Source of the DNA: Pavona decussata
Lineage: Eukaryota
NCBI GenBank assembly: GCA_977016875.1
Contig: CDRNST010000228.1
Coordinates: forward strand, 372,001 to 436,000
DNA length: 64,000 nt
Direction of reading: 5' to 3'
The translations under genes and the position numbers were made by a program. Of this stretch, positions 1 through 11,143 are shown piece by piece (position 1 is the stretch's first letter; every line of letters starts with the position of its first letter). A model generated the notes under the pieces. That model made no database searches. It was not told the origin of the DNA and worked only from the letters and a program-made list of their open reading frames with translations.

Positions 1-599
1 GTGATCGACTCAATAGACGCAGAATCAGCTGGAGTAGCTGTTTTATAATGGTTAATCACATGCAGGATAAAGTGTCAGTTATCCGGCGGGAAACAACGTG
101 GCGAAAATCAAAACAAGAATAGTAGAATTGTTCTCCCTTTTTAAGCATATGGTCCACAAGATAGCGTTTTGCGTTGCCTGTCAAGCTAGCTACATGAGAA
201 CTACAATATCCTGTTCACTTCTCCAGTATTCTGTCAGTAAAGCAGTTTATAAAATTTTATTTAATTTCATGTTTTCAGAAACTGCAAACAGGCGCTCACT
301 GCAAAAGTAACAAAGCAAACATCTTCAAGTTGGAGATTGTCTCGTCAGCGATTGTTCGACTGGTCAGTCAAAAGCCTGGATTAACATCAAGTGCAAAATA
401 CCTGGCTGCGAAGAAGAACTCAGTTCCACTCACTCCAGTTTTAGGCGCCTTATTTTTAACAGATAAAGCAGACAGGCGAAATAGGTTCCAGATCACCCCG
501 AAGAAATAAAGGATATCGGGTTAGCGTTAGCATAACTTTTTAAGATAGCTTTTAGCCTTTAGCGCTTTAATTACTTTATTATTGTTAAATTTATTTAAT

Positions 600-860
600 G
601 TACATATTTAGTATGATCTAATATTGTAATGCGCTTTTTGATGATTACATGTTAAAAAGCGCAATAAAAATTAATAAATGATTAGATAGATAGTTTTATT
701 AAAAAAATGCATTGCAGCCCAGAGGCTGGATTACGGACTGTACAATATATAATACTAAAATACGAGAAAGGATAAAAAAAAAAAACTACTATAAATAAAA
801 AAAATAAATAAATAAATAACAGTATAAGTAAAAACAAAAAAATTGCCGCGGATATACGGT
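600..860. mobile_element. Two tail-to-tail LINE/SINE 3'-end remnants
   Basis: On +: stem-loop TGCGCTTTTT(630-639)/AAAAAGCGCA(654-663) followed by AATAAA, like L2-type 3' ends. On -: ...CAGTCCGTAATCCAGCCTCTGGGCTGCAATG...AATAAA ending near 695. Confidence 0.35.
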
Positions 861-870
861 AAAGCCATTT

Positions 871-1158
871 AACAATTGGACGGCGAGCTCGAGGTTTCTA
901 TCGGCTGATAGTTGCCCCGAGCCAACTATCAAAGGCGATAGAAACCGAGAGCGAGCCGTCTAATTGTTTTAGCATACCTCAGTGATCGATCTCTGAAGCA
1001 AAAAATCTTTTTATTTCATTAATTTTGATATATTTGTGCAATGATGCATGCTAAATCGCGCGCACTCTGACAAACTGCCGTCTATCGATCGATAGACGGC
1101 ACCTGTGTAGCCAATCAGATTGCGCGTTACGCGATAGTCGGTCGCCATGGTATGCTAA
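871..1158. mobile_element. Non-autonomous terminal-hairpin/asymmetric inverted-repeat element (Crypton-like)
   Basis: About 98-bp hairpin 871-968 (AACAATT...AATTGTT), then TAGCATACC (970-978) whose inverse GGTATGCTA lies at 1149-1157. Same layout as elements at 10963 and 21523. Confidence 0.6.
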
Positions 1159-1783
1159 TAGAAAATAGCCGCGTTATGCATGTGGCGCATGTGCATATGT
1201 GGTCCTGTTTTAGAGGGACAAGAGCCGGCTGCCGAGTGAGGGAAAGAGCAAACAGATGTCGCTATCCCATCGAAGTGCAGTTAACCAACCGTATCAATCA
1301 TTCAGGAAGTAAGAGTAAGAGTTATAAGAGATGCCCCCCCCATCCCCCCTCTAACCACTCAACTCCCCACTGTCAAATCACATGATTTGGCCTTGTAATG
1401 CACTTATCATCAGCCATTCTAGTAAAGTTACCTGTTCTCTCCTAAGAAGGGCCTAGGGGGCATCAGCTAATCAAAGTTCAGAAATTGCCCCTCCTGAAGA
1501 GTCATCATAAGAAAGATTGAAATTTTATAGCTAGTCTCTCTCTGTGGGCATCGCCTTCAGTTAACACATCGCAAATATTATGGTGTCAATACACCACGTC
1601 TCCCAAATTTTACACTGGATCATTAGATTGTTTTGCTCGACAATACCTAAATTTATAGAATCCGCCATTGTCGACTGAGCTCTTCAGAGCAGGCCGGGCG
1701 CAAGATTAACCTTCAATGGAGGACAAAAAAACTTGGAACGTTTATGGAAAACCTTCCTTCCCCATCCTTAACTTATCAAATAA

Positions 1784-1816
<33 letters not shown>

Positions 1817-2320
1817 CGTGGATACCGCGAATTGCCCTCCCCTTCCCTCTCCAAACAATTTTGGGATGAAGAAACACTTTTAGGACAGGGTAAAGTGTAC
1901 AGGACTGCATAGACTACAACATTGCTTGGGGGTGAGGGGGAAAGGGGGATAAATTAAAGCAAATCGTGTTAATTGTCCTAAGATTTTGTCCCCCATTGTA
2001 GGAAACTTCATGTACAAAAGTCTACAACATGCCTTCTTGAATAACAAAGGCCACTTTACTTTCCGCGCAGAGTAAGAAACAAAACAATAACAACAACAAC
2101 TAAAACCCTCCCTCATTGCCCCCTCCCCCCCAACCTTCCTCTTTTCCGGCCATCTCCCTTTAAGCAATTTAAAAAAAAAATGGTGTGCTTACCCTACCGT
2201 CCCCCCTTCCCTCAAGGGGATAACTGATCATACCGTCATACAAGCGAAGAATAGTCAAAAAGCATTTAAACTCACTCCATTTGAAGTGAAATTTATTACC
2301 AAGTCTTACTTTTGCATGCC

Positions 2321-2481
2321 ATAGACCCTTTGCACAAATGGCACCCAAATAACAATACTTGATACATCCTAAGCTTCGTATTTATGTTTCCAGACAAAGG
2401 ATTTTTCACATGAATATGAGGCTTAGGATGTATAAAGTATTGTTACTCAAATTCAGGCGCCAATTTATGCAAAGAGTCTAT
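2321..2481. mobile_element. Palindromic MITE
   Basis: Imperfect full-length palindrome with ends ATAGACCCTTTGCACAAAT / ATTTATGCAAAGAGTCTAT and inner arms ATACATCCTAAGC / GCTTAGGATGTAT. Confidence 0.65.
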
Positions 2482-2771
2482 ATTATATCTTATTTTTCGG
2501 TTGGCTCGGTTTCCTTTGTTCTTTTCGGTTGAATATATGCAATAGCCCCTGTCAATTACTAACTGTCTTGAAAGCTGGGTGAGGCTTTGGTTGTAAAAGG
2601 GGAGGGCGGGTCTGAAAACAATAGCTGATAACAACGGACGAGGGGATTATATCTCCCCCCCCCCCCCCCTCGCCATATACCGCTCGACTTATTCCCCTTA
2701 TTCAGTGTTCTCAAAAATTTCAACTAGTTCTTAATCGTTTACTATTAAAGAAAAAAATGAACAACAACTTT

Positions 2772-2859
<88 letters not shown>

Positions 2860-2866
2860 GCTACTA
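2772..2866. repeat. (TAC)n microsatellite
   Basis: About 31 tandem TAC units; source of the poly-Ser ORF 2731-2913. Confidence 0.95.
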
Positions 2867-3196
2867 GCCGACTGCGTACTATTTCCAAAATTTAACAGCA
2901 GCCGCTCAAACACGTATAGTGTACCGAATGCAGTGATTATGCAAGAGTGAAAAACATGTTAACCACGCATACCAGCAGACAAAAGCAATTGTTTATAAAT
3001 ATTGTTGTGTGAATATAAATCCAAAGTTCAGAAAACAGTTGAGAAAAACATCTTTACAGCCGAAATCTCACTGCCTACAACTGCCATTAAAAAATGTTAT
3101 GTATTAGACTTCGACCTGGTATAAAATAAGCATTTAATTATTTAGGGTCTTTGTTTTTATTAGGAAACCTCACCAACAGAAAAAAAAAAAAGCATA

Positions 3197-3281
3197 TTAT
3201 TGACCTGTCCCTCGGGAATATGTGATATATTCCGCTCCCCGAAGGGAATATATCACATATCCCCTCGTTCCAGGCCAATAA
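3197..3281. repeat. Hairpin of the terminal-hairpin element class
   Basis: TTATTGACCTG...GGGAATATGTGATATATTCC / GGAATATATCACATATCCC...CAGGCCAATAA inverted arms. Confidence 0.6.
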
Positions 3282-3875
3282 CCCTTACAAGCCCCGGGTC
3301 ATGAGGAAAATCAGCTTGTGACCGCAAAATATTACGGCATGTTGGTTGCTTCACTCGATTTGAAATCGATTACTTATTACTGGATTTCTATCGGCGCGTC
3401 ATTTGGACAAATATTCCTTTTTTTTCAAGCTTCAAACTTTCAAGTTGTTTCTGACAGCAGTTGCTTTGACTGGACTATACTCCGATCACGTGCACCAATC
3501 ACACCGCGCAATGACGTCATGCGTCTGTTTACACTCTTATCTCGAATTCCACTAGACCAATCAAACGCTAGTTTTGTACTGTTCATTGTTTATAAACAAG
3601 TTTGCCTGTTTAAAAATGGCATCTAGAACCTAAAGTTTTTGGCCAAACACTGTTTTCCTGTAGCAAAGTTTTACATACGTATAAAAGGACGGAAGTTAGC
3701 CGTTACCCTCAAAAAGAAAATATATGCTGTATGGATCGGAAGCCGAGCAAATTGGCTATTTGAATCTCGTACACACAATCACAACACTTTTATCAGCACT
3801 GAGACACACGTATCATTCCTGTTGTATGAACAATATCGTACGCATGCGCACAGCCATATCTCCCGGGCAGTGGCA

Positions 3876-3919
3876 GCCATGGACAGCTGTTTCCCCTTAT
3901 TAGGGCTCATCAGCATGGC
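3876..3919 (-). ncRNA. Type I hammerhead ribozyme motif (retrozyme/Penelope-LTR-like)
   Basis: Minus strand GCCATG-CTGATGA-G-CCCT aata AGGG-GAAAC agct GTC-CATGGC: stem I, catalytic core, stem II, short palindromic stem III, GUC cleavage triplet. Confidence 0.75.
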
Positions 3920-4779
3920 ATAGCCGTCGGGTCAAAGAGCAGGGGTTATTCATCGTAGGCAAGTGGTAGCTGTTGGTTGGGAACCGCAAAAACAGTTCTC
4001 CCACGGCAATGCGCATTGCAGTGGGAGAACTGTTTTAGTTCGTTTCCGAATAGAAGGCTACTAAGTAACGAAAGTGCATTTTAAAGGAGATATGTTGCTC
4101 TCTTGAACCTTTTTTTGCCGGTTTTAGAAGGAACATGTGGGAACATGTTGCAGCAGCATCGTCCAACATTGTTGAATCCAACATTTTGCCCGATGTTGGA
4201 TGACGTTGAATGAGGTTTGATTTCCATCAAACATCGTCTTCGACATTGTCCAAAATTCTTTTGCTCTCAGGTGTGAACAACAATGTTGCATTTGTTTGGC
4301 CCACTGTGTTCAACCACAAGTACCCCAAGCTCTAGGAGAGATATAGGCCGTGATCTTTGCGTGAGTGTTTAATTTGAGCGCAACGGCGAGCTTTGCGTAA
4401 CGGCGAAATTATAAAGATATTTGTATGGGAAAAAAAAACGATTCCTGCTTCAATTTAAAACTACTAACGAATTTTCATTAAAAAAATTCCCTACCTGAAC
4501 TCCCTTGTCTGTTGTCCTCTCTCCTAACTTACTAAAATCGCGCTCAATCGCTCCAAAAACCACATTGAATATGTGACCAAATAGATGTTGGTTGTGATGG
4601 TTGCAATTACTACGAGGTAATTATCTCGACATTTGGTGATTGAAAGGTTTTTGGTTGCTTGTAAGGTTAGTATGCGGGGAATTAGTCGTACAAAGGGAGT
4701 TGGTTGCAGTGGTTGCAAAAATGTGGAATGAAGAAAGGTGGAGTGAATGTCGATGTTTTCCAAAAAATCTTAATCATTT

Positions 4780-6720
4780 TATCCACTGAAGGGTCACCAT
4801 GCTGTCAGTCCAGCATACAAGCTTGAGTAATCTTGAGTTGATAACAGCTGCAAGTAATTCTAATCTTGGAAGTGACACAGTTTTCGTTGGAGCAACTCTT
4901 GACTTCGACATGGCTAGGTGACGTTGAGAGCTTCCCAGCTGTGTCTACGGATCTGATATAGACGGCTGTACCATAAACCTTTGTGTTATGCATCGCCAAA
5001 ACCATGAAGTTCAATACTTGAACTCGGCCCGATGTCTGTCATGAGGCAATGGGGGACACTGACGCAAGACAACTCTGACTTCCACGCTCTCCACTGAATT
5101 AACAGCGATATCCTCGTCTAAACGATCCTCCCATTGCAGCCCCTTTTGAAAAAGATCTTGAAACTAAAAATTTTTGCTCTGATCGTAAACGGGGTAAGCA
5201 ATTCAATGGGATCAAAGATCCTTGAAACAATGCTCAAGAACCTTCTCTTGTTTCAGAATCATCTACATTGAGAGCGTTCTGAAGAACGTCGAATAGGAAG
5301 CAGTCTGATGTCGTATTGCAGCAGATTCCCAATGCCTTGGGCTGCTCACTCTCGCTGAAATCAATGGTATTAGACTGAACATGTCTGAACGTTCGCACGT
5401 GCGACAGCACTAATTAATAAGCGAATACATTACGATGGCAAAATAGATATCGCCACAATATAGTTATTAAGAGCCACGTCATGTTCATCACGCGCTGAAG
5501 CATCAAAGACGATGCGTCACTTTGCTGTCTTGTCGGTCTTCTCGAAAGACAGCATGATGTGGTAGATACCTGACTTTCGCATTACAACCATCTCCCTCTT
5601 TAACCTCCTCTGCGAAACCTTCCTCCACGTACTGATTAATTGCATTTTTTGTAGGTCTCGGATCTCAATGGATTCATATTCAGTTCAGCTGTTTTTCTAC
5701 ACTCTCGAGCCTCCTGACTGGTTGATAGTAGTTTGACTTCAACTCAGGCGCATCCCTTTTCCATAAGAACGATACCGTGTAACGCCCACTGTCAAATTTC
5801 ACTTCTTTTTTGGACTGGTCAATGGCATCTTCTTCCTCCAAGGACATGCACGAACCCTCCTTCTCAACAATTCCCATCGACTCAAGTTCCCAAAACGGCT
5901 TCAGACTAGCTACGAATTAGTCTATACATATGGTTGACAGCATTAATTGAGTCTTGCTTAAAGGATGACCCTTAATAGGCTCTGATGCAATCCATCCAAA
6001 CGTAGACTCAACTACGGTAGGGGAGTTTGCGGTCGCGCATTTCTGACAATTTCCCTTCGCGAATAAGAAGTAGTAGTCTTCTCTTATCAAGACATCTACG
6101 TCATTTTTGTGATGTACGAACTTTGGCTCCCTGAGTCAAGTAAGACTCGCACAGGAATGTTTTGACCACCATCGCCAACCAAGGAGGCTTCCGCAGTCTG
6201 CAGTAAGATTTGTTGCGTTTGATTGCTGTCTGTAACAACGAATCCACGAATGGTTGTTGGTATCTGATTCTCTGTACTTCGGTCATCTATACCACACCAT
6301 TCAGCGCTACAAATCATGGAGTAGTGAAAACTATTCGCCGGTCGTAGGCAATTTAAACATAGTCGGCTCTCCCTAACTAGTTGCCATCGTTCGTTGATTG
6401 AACTTCGCTTGATCTCTGGACATTTTTGCAATCCAATAATACGTTCCCCTTACACAGGATATACGTACGTAGATGCTTTGGCCAGCAGGGCAAATGCCGT
6501 AGAAACTCCTTCTCTAGTGCTGCAGTGACTATTTCAGTCCTACCCTTGTCCTGTGGAACACTTTCTCTCGCCAGACGACTGAGTTAGGGCGCTCGACTCT
6601 CTCCCGAATCAGGTTTACACTTCTCTCTCCAGCTTCCTTTGAAAGCACCTGTTTGTTTAAGAACTTGAAAAATAGATCAAGGTCAACAATTTCTTCCTTG
6701 ACGTCAAGTTAGTTCCAATT
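4780..6720 (-). mobile_element. Decayed BEL/Pao LTR retrotransposon gag-pol fragment
   Basis: Zinc knuckle CLNCL...H...C, aspartic protease LLDSGSQSSYI, GRYTVSFLWK, SRIFDP, LHGFGDA/YGTAVYIR and LPRLELLAA Pao motifs, broken by stops and frameshifts. Confidence 0.85.
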
Positions 6721-8412
6721 CCCGTATTGCATACAAGGAGAGAGGTCCTGTGCACGAAAACATTCAGCGACAAGGTCAAGGAGCCCGGATCACGCCTTTG
6801 CCTCCTTATCTCTCCGACTCGGGCATCTGCGCATGGTCGCTATTTGCATTATAGCGGTAGCCATAGCTCTTTCTGACGAAAATAGGACACCTTATTTTTT
6901 AACCTATCGTATTCTAAGAATATCAAAATATCAGTTTTGAAATTATACATCTACATTTTTCTTCTTTATTTTATTAAAATTATAAGGCCCAACCCCATGG
7001 ATGAACTGTAACCTTGTAAAATTATTTTTAATATTCTTTGTAGTGATATCACAATTCGCTTCTTAGCGCAGTGATTTTACGAATAAACGCTAGCCCTCCT
7101 ATAAAGCGCGCGTCACAATATGGATTTCCTTCTCTGCAGCTAGTTTTCATTTCAATTGTCAACATTTTCTGTTGCATCCACGCTCTCAAAAGCGAGAACT
7201 ATTTCGTCTCTAAAGAACACCTGGCTGCTAAGTTCAATAGTTAAACTTGTAATACACGAACAAAAATTTGACTAACAAAAATTTGACTGTCAGCCTGAAG
7301 GCCAAATATCCTATCTAAGGCTCAGTATATACAATGAAACTTTTTGGGGAAAACAATATATACATTTTTAGCGAATCTGTCATGACAATGGTTATGCGCC
7401 CGCCTGAAAACTATGTTCGGCCCGAGTTCGGACTGTAGTTCTAGGGCTACCAGGCAGTGACAGTCTCGGTTGTAGTAGCTGCATTTATACATTAGCATGA
7501 AAGACTACCACGACAAAATGGACTCACTTAGTAAAGACGAACAGACTTCACCGAAACTGTCCAGGCTATTGTCCTAACGCTAGCTCCACGAGTATAGTAA
7601 TTTTTAGGTTTCAATTCTGAATGGAAATGTTTCACTATGAATCTCTCTATGACTAATACACTGGCTCATCTTTAAGCCTTACAGATGGGCATATGCATGT
7701 AATTTTCGAGATCCCGGTTACTTCTAGGTAGTGTTCAATTAGTTCATTCTGGCATTGTGTTTATGGCGCTTTGCCATTTGAGGTCTAGACCTTTAGACGA
7801 ATACTGAGATAAAAATAACAATTACGAGATTGGACTGAAGGTCAATGAGCCGGAAAATATCTGACATGATAAAAAATGTGGTACGAAAAGTTCAATTTAC
7901 AGAACACGAGTGGAAGCCCACTGCTATCGTACGCATCCGTGCTTACTATTCACCCCTTTCTTTCTCAAATCATTCTCTGTCATTGGTTTCTACGAATATC
8001 ACCGGCAGAGTAAAGGCATAAACATCTACGTACATTTTAAATTGATCTTTTACTTCCTATAGTGAAACATCACTTATTTTACATCCCATTAAATTTGCCT
8101 GTTTCTGGTCACGCGATCAAAACGTGTCACGCATGCTTTGTTTGAAAATCATTTTTTCTGTGCAAGTTGAGCAAGTTAAAAAAATTATCTAGATTACATT
8201 GAAACACGGTTTTACGCTGTGAGTATATTGAGCAACAGCAAATGATTTTTTATTTCATGAACTCGATAAAGAGGATTATTGGCATTCTTTGACATAACTT
8301 GTTATTCAGTTTTAGTTTATTTAGATATGTGTTCATTTTGTATGATTGACATGACGCTGTCTCAGTGTCATGGTTGAAAGCTTTCATAATTCAAAAGTAC
8401 TCGCCGGACAAA

Positions 8413-10964
8413 ATGGCAATCACACAGCAGACGTTTAGCCTCTGGGATGCTTCCATCATATTTCCCGTGGTTATCGCGTTGTCGTTACTTGTTTATTGGT
8501 ACGGAACAAGTGGTTTCTCAGTGCTAAAGCGACTGAATGTCCCGGGTCCGAAACCATTGCCCTTTGTCGGGAACTTCTTTGATGTGCGCAAATATGGCAG
8601 CATTCACTTGATGATGTCCGATTATGTGAAGCAGTACGGAAAGATTTTCGCGGTTTCTCTCGGCAGAAAACCTTCTCTAGTTGTTGCAGATCCAGAAATG
8701 CTGAAAACCATCCTGGTCAAGGAGTTCTCGTCATTTCATAATCGAATGATCCCTCTCCCTCCCCCTCCGATGAGTTCTAACGTTTTCTCCGCACGCGACG
8801 AGACTTGGAAACGTATTCGGCACATTCTGACACCGTCGTTCAGCGCGAGAAAAATGAAGCTAATGGTTCCTTTGATTGAAGAGTCGTGTGATGTGTTGTT
8901 GAAGAAGTTCGAAGGAATTGCTGATACTGGTGAGTAATGTAAAACAATAGCCTCCGTCGTTTGTCCTCTCGCCTTGTTTACTTGAGTGTAACGCACCAAA
9001 ATTAATTGACCGTGACATAAGCTGTTCTCATTAAATTTAGGCAGATATTCCTTCAACAACAAAGGAACTTCCATACTCTTTACTAGTGGTGTACCGTTAA
9101 CCGTATTTTGAACAGCTGTTAATGTCCCCCCCAAAAAGTTTTCAAATCACACGCAAAATTTTAAGTCAATGTTAAAAAATTCTTAAATCAACGACCGTCC
9201 TGACACGTCAACGGCATATTTTTGAAGTGACTGGATTTTAGCCGGGGCTTTCCAGACAGTCCGGACTGGCATGTTTCTGTGTCGGGTTCTCAATGAATTC
9301 ATCCGGTGCTCTATATTATTTTCGTCCCTGGCCAGCTGACATGGCAATCTTCAACGGTCATACTGCGATACTCTTGATGAACTTGGAGGCCAAAATATTG
9401 AGTAAGGTGCCACCAAACCGTTAGTAACAGGACTTGTGGGTTCCCCTTTCCAAGCCTTTTGCTTTCCCACAGCTCATTATTTTCAGTGTTTGTCAGACTT
9501 AGCGGCCTTGCTCGGCTGCTTGCCTTGACCTAATTACCTTGTTGTCGCAGTAATCGATACTTAAATTCAAGAACTTGCTTCGAACTTTTAAACTCTCGGT
9601 CTCTAATTAATTGGGGTGTTTGTTTGTTAACGGTCAATTGCAGTGACCATTACGCGAAGCCTGTCAGGTTTGTAGTCTTGCCCAAGTTTTTTTTACACAC
9701 TGTTGAGTAAAATTCCTCGAGAATTTTGTTTGAGTGCCTCCTAGTTTTCAATGTTTTGGTCGTAGCCCTCTTGTGATGCACAAGACCTTTAAGCCAGTTG
9801 TTTGTGCTTTGTTGGGTGTTTTTGGTTTTTGCATTTTCCTTTACACTTTCATTTCAAATGCAGTTGCTCTCGTTAATCCTCCTCGAATGAGGAAGGAAGA
9901 GCGGCCGATTAGGCACTTGACTAGCCCTTAGACTCACTGTGACAATATCACTACTGGTTTGATAACGTCTCTCTTATTTCATCGCAGGTAAGTCTGTTAA
10001 CCTTATGGAGTGGTACAGTAGCCTTACACTGGAAATTATACTTTCGACTGCGTTTGGTATCAGATCTGACGTCCAAAATGATCCTGATGAAAAGTTTCTC
10101 AAAAAAGCCAGAGAGTCTTTTCGTTTTCCCTTCATATTACGCATACTGGGCCGCCTGCCGATCCTCAAGACTATTCTACGGTTGATGATGCGTCTGCGAG
10201 GAAGTATGGGCTACTTTGGACAGATAGCCTTGGAGATGATTTGCAAACGTCGAGAGGAAGGCGATACTCAAAGGCAGGATCTTATGCAGCTAATGCTGAC
10301 CGCCCACGATGAGTCTACCGTTTATGGCGACAGCAAACTAACCGACGAGGAAATCGTCGCACAGTGCGTGGCCTTTCTTCTTGGTGGGCACGAGACCTCA
10401 ATGATAACCCTTTCCACTGCTTCCCACCTCATGGCGCTCAACCCTGAAATTCAAGAGAGGTTGCGAACGGAAATTTGTCAACATGTTGAGAAGAATCGTG
10501 GCGTTTCCTTATATGAGCTGTCGCATGGTATCGAGTACCTTGACTGTGTCATAAGCGAAACGCAACGACTATATCCCCCAGCACATCAGCTCAATCGCGA
10601 GTGCACCGAAGATTGCAATATCAACGGCATCCCAATTTCTAAGGGCATGGAGATTATCATTCCTTTCTACGCTCTCCACCACGACGTTGGTGCCTGGGAG
10701 GAACCGGAGACATTTGACCCAGAGAGATTCCGGAGCCCCGCCAAGGATACCCGTCATCCGTATCAGTTCCTGCCGTTTGGAGCCGGACCCAGAAATTGTA
10801 TCGGGATGAGGTTTGCGCTAATGGAGATTAAGATTGCCCTGGTGAAAATCCTGATGAAGTACAAGTTTGTACGATCACCCGAGACACAAGTGCCAATGGT
10901 AATGCATGCGGGAAACACACTGTCTCCTAGAGATGGGGTCTACCTGAGAGTAGAGTCTATTTAA
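8413..10964 (+). CDS. Cytochrome P450, clan 3 (CYP3A/TBXAS1-like), 497 aa; exons 8413-8929 and 9988-10964
   Basis: N-terminal anchor, PGPKPLP hinge, WKRIR, I-helix GGHETS, ETQR (ExxR), FDPERF, heme motif FGAGPRNCIG. A phase-1 GT-AG intron (G|GTGAGT...CAG|) joins the two ORFs in frame. Confidence 0.93.
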
Positions 10965-11143
10965 CAATTAGGTTATGAGCTCGAGATTTCTATCACGTGA
11001 TATTTGATAAGGGCGAAGCCCGAATCAACCATCACGCGTAGAAATCGAGAGCGAATAATCAAATTGTTTTTAGTATAAATCTACTAGTCGTTCAAAACTT
11101 AACAACAACACCGGTTCTTATTGAATAATGATAATATATATAT

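Noticed and set aside
2731-2913. Poly-Ser ORF
   Set aside because: Translation of a (TAC)n microsatellite.
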